A stretch of 63,686 nucleotides of DNA, filler included, from Folioceros fuciformis (Eukaryota): the NCBI GenBank assembly GCA_049999805.1. It is 13 parts of 13 records of this genome, joined end to end, with 100 filler letters (N's around TTAATTAATTAA, not from the genome) between each part and the next. Parts side by side here need not be neighbours in the genome. Positions count along the whole stretch, not along the records: positions 45,263 to 54,831 come from JBNGIO010001372.1; positions 54,932 to 57,748 come from JBNGIO010001374.1; positions 57,849 to 61,737 come from JBNGIO010001379.1; 10 more parts are not named here. One strand, given 5' to 3'. The position numbers were made by a program, and so were the translations under genes. Position 1 is the stretch's first letter. Each line of letters starts with the position of its first letter. The notes under the pieces are model-generated. The model had not been told where the DNA came from and did no database searches. It worked only from the letters and a program-made list of their open reading frames with translations. This document shows, in pieces, positions 46,058 through 58,215 of the stretch.

Positions 46058-46434
46058 TGTAGGGATACCCTTGGTGTGCAAACTACAGGCACACAAAGGT
46101 CTTCCACTAGAGCCCCTCCTCAAGACTAAATCTATGAGCCCCAATTTTGAAGGAAGTTGACCCCCCTCTTATGTATCATAGATGTAAGGGCCCCTCCCCT
46201 CCTTTAATTTGTGTGTCTAGAGTTCTCTGCCACCATGGCTCACATAGAGGCCCTGCACAGAGCCCCTTTCTAGTGTTCATCCAAGGTGTTTGGCCACCTG
46301 AGAGACTGAGGTCCTATATTTCTTTTTGCTAAGAGGTGTCTTAGCCATGTGATGAAGAGGCCTTCACCTTACTTCGTTTGTGTTAGGGCCTCTGTTGTGC
46401 TGTGTTAGGGCCTTTGTCGTGCTGTACAGCTACA
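46058..46434. mobile_element. Possible LTR remnant (TGTAG...CTACA)
   Basis: Perfect 5-bp inverted termini TGTAG/CTACA around repeat-like non-coding DNA with an internal 22-bp duplication (46380-46425). No TSD seen. Confidence 0.35.
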
Positions 46435-47607
46435 CATTGGACTCCTGCATGGTTCATTAGTTAATAGTACTCATACCATGCCACATCACATACATATTAA
46501 GCACTACATGATGGTGATGGTGCTGCAGCTTTGTACAAGTGAAGTGTTGGATTTCATACACCCTAAAATCTTCTCCATTTGCATCCACACTTCTCCGAGC
46601 TATAGCTTGGTTGCTCAAATCCTCAATATGGTCACATGATCTTACACACTGTGCATACACATACCTCAATTAGATATGTAATAAGAGAATAACCTGTAAG
46701 AGAGATAACTGGGAATAAACTGTAATATGAGATAACCTGCATCCTCTTACACTCAAGAGAATGCTTGTCATAGTGGGAAATAGTGTTTGAACACATAGGC
46801 TTCTGATGGTGAATTACTAGGAGTTACCATGTTACCAGGCAATGGAACCGTTAACTTAATAGAATTTAAGTTTTGACAGTCAATGCATGCTGTAAATTGG
46901 CAAGTCCGTCCACTAGTTGAGAGCTGAAGTTATAAGCTTCACCATTACGCAAACCAGGCAATGTTGGTTCATTCCCAATATGTCTTGTAAGCACATGATC
47001 AATCATTAACTAAACACACGTATTCTATCAATCAAAACCAAATATGCAAGGACTAGGAAGTAGACTTACTTGACATTTACTCCTATACGCACATGCCGCA
47101 AGATATTAGTGCGAACCCAAAAGAGAGCTTGTGTTCGATTTGTTTGTATTAGTGCTGCATCTGTATTAGGGCATCCGTCCATAACTTGCAAGTGAGGGTG
47201 GTCTGCTAGCTCTCTTAGTATTGTAGAATTAGGTTCATAAAATTAAACTTTATCAAATCCATATTGATGTATTAATCTAATATCTTATCTTGGAGATAGT
47301 GGAGTGGAAGACATTTGTCCCCAATTGATCCCAATTCCTGTGCTTAGTGGGAAGTACAAAACCATACATAATAGAACTAGAAACAGTAAAAACTGAAAAG
47401 GGGAAATGCCTTTGATCATCATTTTCCCCAAAATATTCTCAGTGCTGAAAAAAAAATCTCACTTCAAACTCGCTTGGAGAAATCCTAGGTTTGAGACCAC
47501 ATTGCCTTCCTTTTATAAAGGAAGACCTGAATATTATTATTAGTAGTTATTATACTTCTAATATTGAGAATTATTAGAATATTAATTTTAAAAATAACAC
47601 ATATATA

Positions 47608-48184
47608 GGTAACGCCCCCTTCCTTATGCAAGGTAAATGGAAGCAACAACCTTGAATCTAGTCTATTCACTTCGCAGCGATCTACTTACAAATCACCTAC
47701 TCCCTCCTCCCTCTTACACGACTCAACACTAGGCTCCAAGTAGCCCGCCGTCCACCAACGACTCGCAGACCACCTCCTCTAGGTGTTGCTCTTTATTCAA
47801 GATACTTACAAATACTTAAAAAAAAGTCTAGCGATCTATGCTCACTGGCTACTGCCTTAAACTCAATCTGACAAGCTTGCTCTTCAAGCCCTTCACAGGT
47901 ATGTCTCTAGCCTACGCCCAGTGGCTACTGCGAGCAAGCCCTTCACAGGTATGTCTCTAGCCTACGCCCAGTGGCTACTGCCCTAGACTCAATCTGACAA
48001 GCTTGCTCTTCAAGCCCTTCATAGGTATGTCTCAAGGCTAGACTTCTCAATATCTGTCTCTCTCTATATGTCTTAAGGCCTTAGTATTGGCCTATTTATA
48101 GTCCATAGTTAAGACATTATTAAAATTGGGAATGATACATACCAATCATCTCAGAATACTAGTGGTCATTACAACTCCATCCTT
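47608..48184 (-). mobile_element. Probable 3' LTR with upstream PPT and internal duplications
   Basis: On the minus strand: purine tract AAGGATGGAGT, then TGTAATGACC from 48173, TATA box CTATAAATAG near 48091-48100, ending ...GGGGCGTTAC near 47609. Duplicated blocks lie at 47845-48033. Confidence 0.5.
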
Positions 48185-48639
48185 TATAAGGTTTTACCTG
48201 GAGCACACAAGAAGTATACTTACTTCTTCATTAAGACAGCTCTAGATTTAACTTTTATCTTTTTATTTTTAATTTTCACTAAATTTTTTTATGCCACTAT
48301 TATAGCTATTAGTTTTTTTCATTGTTTTAATAGTTTCCTATTTTTTATAGGAATAATAGTTTCATCTTTCTATTTTTTACTTTCACCTTATTTTACTTAT
48401 ACTATTACTTATAGCTACTATTGCTATTAGTATTTTTCATTGCTTTTAATAGTTCCCTATGGCAACAACTCTAGATTTAACTTTCATCTTTTTATTTTTA
48501 ATTTTCAATTTATTCTACTTATGTCATTACTTATAACTAGTATTCCTATTATTTGTTTTCATTACTTTTAATAGTTTCCTATTTTGTATAGGAATAATAG
48601 TTTTGTTCTTGTTGGAAGAAAAGTGCTTCTTTGATTTGC

Positions 48640-48990
48640 GATATCTCCACCCAGTCTCCAAATTTGGTTATTGTGCACGAATTCATCAGAGTGCACCTGC
48701 TGCCCAGGATTCAAGTCGGCTGCCTCACCAGACGCTTGAAGGGCTGCTAGAAACAGATGGCCCTCCTCCTTCATCACCGCGAGAGCATGAAGCCCGCAAC
48801 CCAGAGTCAGGTCCTTCTCGGCCACAGTCTTTCAGTACAGCCTGTGACAGCGATCTGGACGTAGGAGAGTGTGTGCACATCAGAATTCCCAGAGCCTCAG
48901 TGGCTTCAGGGAGCTGCCCTCCGTGCTCACGTAGGATTGGCTTACAATTTCTACATTGGCGCCCTTTTCGTGAGGCTTGCGAGACTCCGA
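48640..48990 (-). pseudogene. Collapsed PLS-PPR pseudogene (N-terminal repeats only)
   Basis: GQLPEATEALGILM....SRSLSQAVLK/AEKDLTLGCGLHALAVM/EGHLFLAALQASGEAADLNPGQQVH aligns, with a frameshift and an internal deletion, to the N-terminus of the PPR at 34914 (GHLTQAVEALGLSV..SKSLYYGVLKRCATEKNLILGRRVHAFTVIM...DGHVFVAALQACARALDLKTGQQVH). Confidence 0.78.
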
Positions 48991-49732
48991 TCACCCTGGA
49001 CGGGCCAACGAGAGGGGTCTAAGTGCAGTTGTTGCCCCAAACACCCTGGCGATGATCCTCGATGGGACGTCCGTTTCCATCCACGCATGCTCGGTAGACT
49101 GCTCCCTAGGTGCGAAGGTGGGCAGCCCTCCTTCCAGGTTTGCCAATGCTTTGTTCCTTGCGAACCCACTACTTTTTCGTCCAGGCCCGCTAAGATGTGC
49201 CCCGCTAAAGGTCCTGTCGTGTCACTATAATAGGATGCGCATGCTTCGCGGGAGCGCGCGACAAGCCTTTGCATGGATTGGACTCCGGCGCATCCTGGGG
49301 ACTATGTATGTACGTAGATACCACTTGTTTAGATGACATGGGGCCAGCGTCGAGACCAAATTCCAGATCATAGACCGCTGGTGCATTCGCAGTCAGGGCC
49401 ATGCCATCTCCGCGAATTCCACCATTCCGAGAATGAGCCAGGGCCGTATGAGGGAAGGAGCAGCTCCGATTTGCGGCCGAGCCCGGCAGTCAGTCTTCAC
49501 GGTGACTGTTTCTGTATGTAATCTGGTGTTCTGGGCTCGGCTGGCCACAATTTGTGCGTGTTCCGGTTAAAGGACTCTGGAGCTGGGGTCGCGGAGTGGG
49601 GGATGAGGAGTTATCTCTATTATCTCCACGATGACAGGGCAATGGGCTATCTCGGACGTGCTGTTGGGCTCTGGACGGAATGTACTGTGCTGAGCTGGGT
49701 CCTGGGTTGACAGGCCGGTGGGGGACGGGAAC

Positions 49733-52700
49733 ATGGCTCTCACGCTGCGTTCATGGTCTGCTTTTGGGCTGGTTTTGCTGCTGCTGTACTGGGATTGCCT
49801 CAAAGCACTGGGCGGGACTTGGGTGACGAAGGAAGAGGCTGTGGAGCTACGGGATGAGGTCTGCGTGGACAGTGATTTTGTGAGGAGAGAGATTGGTGGG
49901 AATTCGAGGTTGATGTTGAGGGAATTTCCATGCTCTGCGTTGTTTGCAGGTTAAGGGGATGTTTTATCATGCTTTTGACAACTACATGGAACATGCGTAT
50001 CCTCTAGATGAGCTCAGGCCTATCTCCTGCTCAGGGCAAGATACGCTCGGGTCTTACTCCTTGACTGTGGTATGAATCGCTTCGGGATGTCTGAAATTCT
50101 GGGTTAGTAATGTAGCAGAGTATCATGTTGGCTGAGATGATGGTTGTTATGCCAGGTCGACGCTTTGGATATGCTGGCTCTGCTGGGGGATCGTGCAAGA
50201 TTTGCTGAAGTCGTGACGGACCTTGGTAGAAATCTTCGATTTGACAAAGTATGAACGGTTTTTGTGTCGGCTCCTTTGTTTTCTTAGCTTTACAGATGGT
50301 GGTCTTATTGTTGCCATGACTTTTTTATCAGAATATAACTGTCTCGGTCTTCGAGACCACCATTCGGGTTCTTGGGGGTCTTTTGTCAGCTCATCTCCTT
50401 GCAAGTGATCCTGCCACGGTATGTATCTCCTGGGGAACATACTCTTGTTGTGTGGAAACATTTGGTACAGTGTCGTCTGAAGTACTTCTCAATTTGTTTT
50501 GCAGGGAATGTATGTGGGTACGTATGATAACGAGTTGCAGCATTTGGCAGAGGACCTTGGTCGCAGGCTTTTACCTGCCTTTGATACCATCACAGGTGAT
50601 TCATGTCTCCAGCAGTTCATTTCATGCCTCATGCACTGGTTGTGTCGGCCATTATCCTGCCTGGGCTTGTCAAGGCAGACCTGTAGACGGAAGCTTGTAT
50701 TGATGATCTCGGCCCCTGCCTGTTTCTTCCAGGAATTCCTTATGGATCCGTCAATCTTCTGCATGGCATTGACAGCAATGAGAGTCAGGCAAGGATGCAT
50801 CCCGGGTGCACGATCTGACCCGTCGTTACTTGGATTATGAGCTTTCTGTCAAGCTCCATGACAAGCTGTTTTGTTAGACGTCTCACTCTTGTCCATATAG
50901 GTGACTTCCACAGCTGGTGGTGGAACGTTGACGCTTGAATTCGGAATCCTTAGCCGCTTGACGGGTGATCCAGGTGTGCATTTCTGTCGCTCTTCTTTCG
51001 CCTTGGCTCAACTGATTTTCCTCCTCACTAATGGCCTGACTCACTCTTTGATCCCATGATGCAGTATTTGAGGAAGTTGCGAAGAAATCTGTTCGGGGTC
51101 TGTGGGCTCAGAGATCTCAACTTGATCTTGTAGGAGCACATATCAACGTCTTCACTGGAGAGTGGACCCAAAAGGTCTTGAGATCTGTATGACCAGCAGT
51201 CTTCGTGTAATGGTTTTACAAGTGTGCTTTGTCCATGACGGTGCTGTATCGGTGCATAAGCAGGATGCTGGGATTGGGACGAGTGTGGACTCATTTTACG
51301 AGTATCTTCTCAAGGTGCACACCCACTGTTGGTTCAATAAGCTTCCGTCCTAACGACTCTACATGTTACCATTTTCCCAATGACGTGAATCGGACGTTGG
51401 CAGGCGTATATCTTGTTTGGTGATGACGAGTATCTGCATATGTTCAAGGAAGCATACAGTGCCGTGATGACCCACCTTCACAATGACCCATGGTGGGTAG
51501 CCTGTCGGGTTTGTCAGGGCTGAAAGTTTCTTTTTGTGATCGAAGTTGTGAAAGCTCAGCAACCTGAAGGTCTTCCTGGCTGTATCCTCTAGGTACTCGG
51601 AGGTGAACATGAATTCGGGTATCATAGTTTGGCCGGTCTTCAATAGTTTGCAGGCTTTCTGGCCAGGACTGCAGGTGTGTCCCGATGATGTCATAAATGA
51701 CTGTGCATCAATGAATGGCATTCAGTGTTCTCACCGTGTGATCAGTTTGAAGCGATATGCTACTCTTTGAAGCTTTTTATCTGTTCCAGGTTCTGGCTGG
51801 AGATCTCGAGCCCTCTGTACGCACGCACAAAGCCTTCTTTTCTGTGTGGAAACGATATGGATTCACACCAGAAGGTTTCAATCTGGCCTCTTTCAGGGTG
51901 CAGGTACTCACTCTCACGCTGTGTGGTTACTTGTGAGATCCCTTAGTGACATCAGAATGGCTTGACGTCATTGTTTTTCTTTCCCGCCTTCCTTCCTGAA
52001 TTTCTGTGCAGCCAGGTCAAAGGAGTTATCCCCTGCGACCGGAGTTGATGGAGAGTACATATATGTTGTATAAGGCCACTCGAGATCCATGGTTGGCTGT
52101 TGTTCCCCGTCTTGAGGTGGAAGCGATTAATTCTAGTCTCCTGTCCGGCAAATGCTCACGCCATGTTAATTGTTGTCGGCAGGTATTTGCATGTCGGAAG
52201 GGATATGGTTGCTAGTCTGCAGTATGGCACTCACTGTGAATGTGGATACTGTCACATCAAAGACGTAGAAACACACGAGAAAGAAGATCGCATGGAGAGC
52301 TTCTTCTTGGCTGAGACAGTGAGCAGACCGCATTCCACCCCACTTCTGCAGTCGTTCGAAGCACTTGTCAACTTTCATGCGCTTGGTCTATTCTGATCGG
52401 GAACCCTATTTGAATGGACAGATGAAGTATCTGTGGCTTCTTTTTGATCTCGCAGCAGGGGGTGACAACCTGGTGGAGAACGGCCCCTACCCGTAAGCCA
52501 TGCACACAATTCATTACCTCCTAGCTTTGTTGCTTGGCCAGTTGCTGCATTTCAGGATCGGCGTAAGGAACTGTCATGTGTGGCAGGTACATATTCAACA
52601 CAGAAGGACATCTTCTGCCTGTGACTCCTGAAATTGCCTTCCCTACCGAGCAGTGTAACTACGTGGGAAGCTCGTGCAGTGATCCAAACTCTGACAAGAA

Positions 52701-53086
52701 AATCATACTCGGCAACCAGTACTCAGAGGAGCAGTTCGAGCAGCTGAAATTTTCTCCTCTCACGGTCACCTTGAATCACACATTAGCTGATGCCCTTGGT
52801 GAGCATACCGAGCACGATACCGACAGTTTTGTCGGGGGTGATTCCACGGAAACATTCAAGGTGAACCCCGCTTATTCATAACTCCCCTTGCAGTTGGTAG
52901 TGTTCCACATTCTGAAAGGCATGGCCTGGTTGTAAACCCCAAGAGTCTCTTAGCCTTTTGTGTATTGGTCCTTTGCAGGCAGTTTGTCCAGGGATCAGCC
53001 TGTGGCAGCGCTTGGGGATGTCTTTCACGTCCGATCCTGCTCCAGACCTTCAATTTTCGGAGGGGGAAGCCTGGTGGATTCAATGA
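49733..53086 (+). CDS. MNS4: ER degradation-enhancing class I alpha-1,2-mannosidase (GH47, MNS4/EDEM2-like), about 17 exons
   Basis: Signal anchor, [133 protein letters not shown]. Stop at 53084-53086. Confidence 0.94.
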
Positions 53087-53760
53087 CACTCAGATCCTCA
53101 ACTTATTTAACCTAGTCCGGAGGACTTGTCGCATTTGCTGCGCTCCACAAGTTGAGAGCTTCGCACTGAGCAATGGATTCGAGAAGACGGACAACCTCGT
53201 GTGTCTGTCTGTCACCTGGATGGACTCTTCTTCTTCCTCTGAGGGTTTAAGGAAGGTCCGGCTTCTTAAGAGTACCTGAACTAGTTTTAGGCGGAGGTTT
53301 AACTTACGGCAGAGTTAGTGCAAGAGGCAGAACTTGTCTCCTGCTTTGGAATGTTGCTTTATTTTTCGAAAATTATAGGTTGTACTCCGTATGTATGTGT
53401 GAAGTGCACTTCCAATCTTTACAAAACGTTTAAACTTTGTAGAGTTTGATATGTGACTTCAGTTAGTTCTAAGTCAGACGGTTACCTGGCTATATTTTTT
53501 TGGAGTTGTTATAAGAATTGATAGGTGATCTGTATGCTATGCATGCTAGGGCAGGCCAAGCAAGGAGCATCAAGATGATAGATTTTTTTCCTTTTTTCAG
53601 GAGGAAGATATCGGTAGAGGTGAAAAAAAGGAGCATGAATATTTTATTTTGGATGGACAACTTGTGGTTGGTTTGCCAAGATGGAATTCCTAGGCCGATC
53701 TTGATGAGGCAATTCATGTTGGTGAAGTAGTTGAAAAAAGATTTGTTTCTTCATGGAGAG

Positions 53761-54660
53761 ATGGACAGAGAATGTTGTTGTTCAGTGGCAATGAGGGATC
53801 AGCTTCAGTCACAAACTAATGAGTCCAACAATGGACGACATCAGGATGAGGATGCACAAGCCGACACAGTGACCGCATACAACAATAGTAACAATCACAC
53901 CACCCATAGAAGCAACATCCATAATAATAATCAAAACCAGAGTAGCCACACTAACTATCAGAATCATAACGGTGCACAGATGCATCCCTACAGGCGACTT
54001 CGGGTGGCTATGGCTTCAGGAGGAGGAACCACAAACAGCAGTAGTGTTGGAGGGGGTGGGGGAAGCAGCACACCAGGGAATTCAGCTTGTGCAGCATGTC
54101 GGGTGCTGCGAAGAAAATGCACAGCCCAATGCTTATTCGCACCATACTTCCCTCCAGACCAGCCTCAAAGATTTGCTCATGTTCACAAGGTGTTTGGAGT
54201 AGCCAACGTGACCAAAATGCTCCACAACTTGCCCCCTCCTCACAGGGAAGATTGTGTGAATTCATTGGCATATGAAGCTGATGCTCGGGTACAGGACCCA
54301 GTCTATGGCTGTGTAGGTGCTATATCTGTACTACAACAACAAGTGGCACATCTCCAGACTCAACTTTCTATTGCAACCTCGGAAATTTCTCGACTCCGAG
54401 AAACCTTTGTGATTGCTGCCGCAGCATCTGCATCCCATGCTGCGAATTCAACTTCCCAAGCTACTGGAGTTGGAAATGCAAATCCGAATTCGACTTTGTC
54501 CGTCACTGCTAATGGTTCTAGCTTAGGTGCCTGTGCTGGAAGCAACAATGCACTATTGGCACTGCCATCAGGGGTACAAAGCAATGGAAATGGCAATTGT
54601 CCCCAAAATGGTACCCAGGGGACTCTGTTGCTTCAAAATCCGGTAAAAATCTTGTCCTAG
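53761..54660 (+). CDS. Class I LOB-domain (LBD/ASL) transcription factor, intronless
   Basis: CAACRVLRRKCTAQC (CX2CX6CX3C), FAPYFP, FAHVHKVFG, SLAYEADARVQDPVYGCVG and leucine zipper LQQQVAHLQTQL. First ATG at 53761; 53791 and 53980 are alternatives. Confidence 0.93.
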   Translation: MDRECCCSVAMRDQLQSQTNESNNGRHQDEDAQADTVTAYNNSNNHTTHRSNIHNNNQNQSSHTNYQNHNGAQMHPYRRLRVAMASGGGTTNSSSVGGGGGSSTPGNSACAACRVLRRKCTAQCLFAPYFPPDQPQRFAHVHKVFGVANVTKMLHNLPPPHREDCVNSLAYEADARVQDPVYGCVGAISVLQQQVAHLQTQLSIATSEISRLRETFVIAAAASASHAANSTSQATGVGNANPNSTLSVTANGSSLGACAGSNNALLALPSGVQSNGNGNCPQNGTQGTLLLQNPVKILS

Positions 54661-54934
54661 TATCATGGGTGTTCCACAATTCTTATTTTTCAAGTTTAGT
54701 TCAGGAATTTATTCAATATGTATGATTCTACTAGTTCCCAAATCCAAAGCATTTGGAAGAAAAACTCATGAAGCTCATCATCTTCACCTAATTTTGCTGC
54801 TCTACTTTCATTTCACCATTCCAATGTGAAGNNNNNNNNNNNNNNNNNNNNNNNNNNNNNNNNNNNNNNNNNNNNTTAATTAATTAANNNNNNNNNNNNN
54901 NNNNNNNNNNNNNNNNNNNNNNNNNNNNNNNTTC

Positions 54935-55171
54935 GTGACCAACGGTAGGTCACAACAGAATAAGAACAGGAGCTCTCAAAGATCTTCGGGTTCTTCCAAG
55001 TCTTCTAAGCGACAGTGGACATGTCATTGGTGCCAAATACCTGGCCATTGGGAGAGAGAGTGTCAGAAGAGACAGGCTCGTGAGGCCCGCCAGGAGCCAA
55101 GGATGGAGAATGCTGCCATTGTCTCCAAGGCCAAGACCCAATACCTAGATCAGCCCGACCTCGTGCTCTAA
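54935..55171 (+). mobile_element. Copia-type gag zinc-knuckle fragment
   Basis: WTCHWCQIPGHWERECQK (CX2CX4HX4C) after a Ser/Lys-rich linker; truncated. Confidence 0.65.
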
Positions 55172-55909
55172 CCGTGTGTTTGGTGGTTTCTATCTACAGG
55201 ATCTGTGGCACAGATCCTGTAGATAGAAACCACCAAACACAAGTCTTTGCAAGACGACACGTTCTGCTTGATTTCAGCCAAGGAGATTGTCTTCTCTACC
55301 CGATCTTGCATGCGGTGGTTTGCGTCATGTCTTGTACATTTCGTGGGCAGATCTGTTCTTACAGTTGTTGCCTCACTAATCTAGTGGCATTGATCTTGAT
55401 AGATGGTCCATTTAGAGGGAGATCATACCGTAGCGATGCTCTTCTCACACTTCCATGTTCTGGATGCTAGTTGTACTGCTCTTTATAATTGGCTTCTTCA
55501 CCTCAAGTGTTTCCAATGCTCATAGTTTACGCTCGAGAGGGGGAAGATGAACAAGCCATGGCGAGGAGTACCGGTGAACTTGCTATCAGAATCATGGTGC
55601 CCCGTTACATTGGTGCGGTACATGGCATTCCCAAGGCACCTATGAAATAGAAAAAAGGAGTTCAACAAGCCGACTTCACTAACTCTGAAGATATGCAGAT
55701 TATCTCTGCTGCAGAGGGAGTTCTACTTACGCTTCCAAAGGGTTACAATCCTGAAGCAGTTGAGTGGAGTTGTTGGCAATCGGTGATGAATATGATTATT
55801 TGGCTTTCTCAGAAAAGTGGTCATAGGAATGGTAGATTGTAGATACTGTACAATGTTGTACGATTTAGGTCGCTCATTTGGTGGGGCTATCTGGTTTTGG
55901 TGGGGCTAT

Positions 55910-56532
55910 CACAATGCAACACTAGCAGCTCTGCCTTGATCCCGAAGTCTCCCACTAAACGAGCAAGTCACATGGCTTCCTTGCAAGCCTCAGTCGCTGC
56001 AACTCGGCCTCTGTGGTAGATAGTGTTATGCATGATTGCAAATGAGATCGCCATGGAACTGCCCCTCCAGTGCACATAAAGAAATAACCTGATGTGGACC
56101 TCTTTTTGTCCATATCCCGTGCATAATCAGCATCCGTATATCCCACGACAAATGCATCTTCACTACCAAAACATATGCACAAAGCTTTTGTACCATTTAG
56201 ATACCTCATAACCCCTTTTACTACCTCTCAATGCTTCTTGCCAAGGTTTGACATAAACCTGCTAACCACTCCCACTACAAAAGCAATGTCAGGACGTGTA
56301 GCAATCATTGCATACATCAAACTCCCTACAACTGATGAGTATGGAACCTTCTCCATTTCAGCTTTGTCCTCCGCAGAGCTTGGACAATCCTTGCTTGAAA
56401 GTTTCACATATGGAGGCAACGGAGTACTCAATACCTTCCCCTTCTCCATGTTGAAACGTTGAAGCACCTTGTTAATGTATTCAGTCTGAGACAAGTAAAG
56501 CAAATGCTTATGTTTGTCACGAGGAATACGCA
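55910..56532 (-). mobile_element. Ty1/copia RT C-terminus / RNase H fragment
   Basis: LYLSQTEYINKVLQRFNM, VPYSSVVGSLMYAMIATRPDIAFVVGVVSRFM, MRYLNGT, GYTDADYA, RSTSGY, LSTTEAE; contains stops and a frameshift. Confidence 0.92.
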
Positions 56533-57748
56533 TGTGTGGAGTGGATCTTGCACCCAAGAACCACCAAGGGCCACACTTCCCCCTTATTATCGTCGTAGTA
56601 TTAGGATTCGCTCTCAAGGAAGTGAACCGGTGTCAAGGTTCTCTACAATCTCCCCCACTCTGCCCTAATCTAAGCCTACCTATCAGCCGGGTCCTAGACC
56701 TAACCGTGTGCACTACAGCAAAAAGATCAGAACCCTGTCCTCAACACCAGCTACAACCCCAGTTGAATGAGAACTCAACATCATCTTCAGCTCCCACTCC
56801 TAGCTCCGGGTATTTGCCGCCTCAGCCGCTGAGAGGAGGTTCCAGCCCTAGCCTCAACCTCCACTCTCAGCCCTAAATGCCAGCAACCTCAGCAGCTGAT
56901 TGAGAACCTCAGCACCTAAGCTCCTCACCTCAGCACAACAGCTCTCTACTCCGGCACTTCAAGTCTCTACTCCAGCACTTCTCCAGCACTTCAAACCTCC
57001 ACTCCAGCACTCCGAGTCTTCAATCCTTCACCATCACGTCTCACTCCTGGATTTTAAAACACAGCGGCCCCTCACTTGCAGCCCTTGAGGCAGGGATGTG
57101 CAGACCCAAGCTAGATGGCCTCCTCGGCCCACTGCCCTGCAATCCGTCGCCTTGGAAACCCCTTAGGGACATCAAGGTACCCCAACCACCTAACCAGCAT
57201 GCAAGGAAGGTCAGCCCCTACGGATCTGGCCACCCAGATCTCGATGATTTTGGGAGCCTCCACGTTCCCCTAGTGGCATGGGGAATCAAGGCCGAGGCAC
57301 ATCTGCACACTGGGTTAAACCTCTAACCCAGCAACCTACACACAAGGTCAAGGGAGCTCTCACCAAAAAAACCCCCCCCTTAATGACAGGCCTGGCCTCT
57401 TATCCCCCCTTGGCCAGGAACCCTTGTCACTATCTAACTAGGTCAACCCGCCTTCGACAGAACCCTCCACTTGTCAAAACCCTAAACCTAACTCCGACCT
57501 AATCCTAACCCTAACCTAGTCCTAACCCCGACTTGTGCCTTGGTTGCTCTTATCAAAATTAATCGACCTCTCAAAACTACCAAAACTCACGAGTGCCTCT
57601 TGACACTCTCTTCCCCCCTCCGATCCTCTCCTTAGATCATCTGCAACCCTTCAGAGACCCCACTGTCTTCAGATCCTTTCCTCCATTCTGCTGGCCAAGG
57701 CCCATGACCCGGTAGACCTACTCATCTAGTGCCCTGCAGCTCGTCCCC
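56533..57748 (-). mobile_element. Nested copia-type element: 115-bp 3' LTR (56533-56647), PPT and a non-pol 3' internal region
   Basis: Minus strand reads GGGGGAGAT|TGTAGAG...CCACACA. The LTR end interrupts the host RT immediately before the MRIPRD codons. Confidence 0.62.
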
Positions 57749-58215
57749 NNNNNNNNNNNNNNNNNNNNNNNNNNNNNNNNNNNNNNNNNNNNTTAATTAA
57801 TTAANNNNNNNNNNNNNNNNNNNNNNNNNNNNNNNNNNNNNNNNNNNNTTCTTCATTTTATAATAGCATTATCATGTCTATGTAGTACACATGACATGAT
57901 GAATAGTTTTTGTTTTGTTTTTTTTGACGCATCCTGTCTTCCACTTCGGACATGATTTTAGTTGGGTCCCAGCTTGGTGAAGGCGCGTCCATGTTGAAGC
58001 CTGGCACAGGAGAAGTGATGGAAGTTAATCCCCAAGGCTCGCTTTGCATCTGGAAACTGGAAACGGCAGACAGTTATGGAAGCCAAGTTCGCAAGGACGC
58101 TGGTGCCGGGGTGCGGGATCTGACCCCGTGAGCCCACAGGCTGGACAGGTGTTAGAATTGGTGCCCACGGGAAGGCGTTCACATCGGACGAGACGAGGTG
58201 GAGCGCAGAGCAGAA

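Noticed and set aside
57478..57530. Interstitial telomere
   Set aside because: Only a few degenerate CCCTAA-like units inside a TE.
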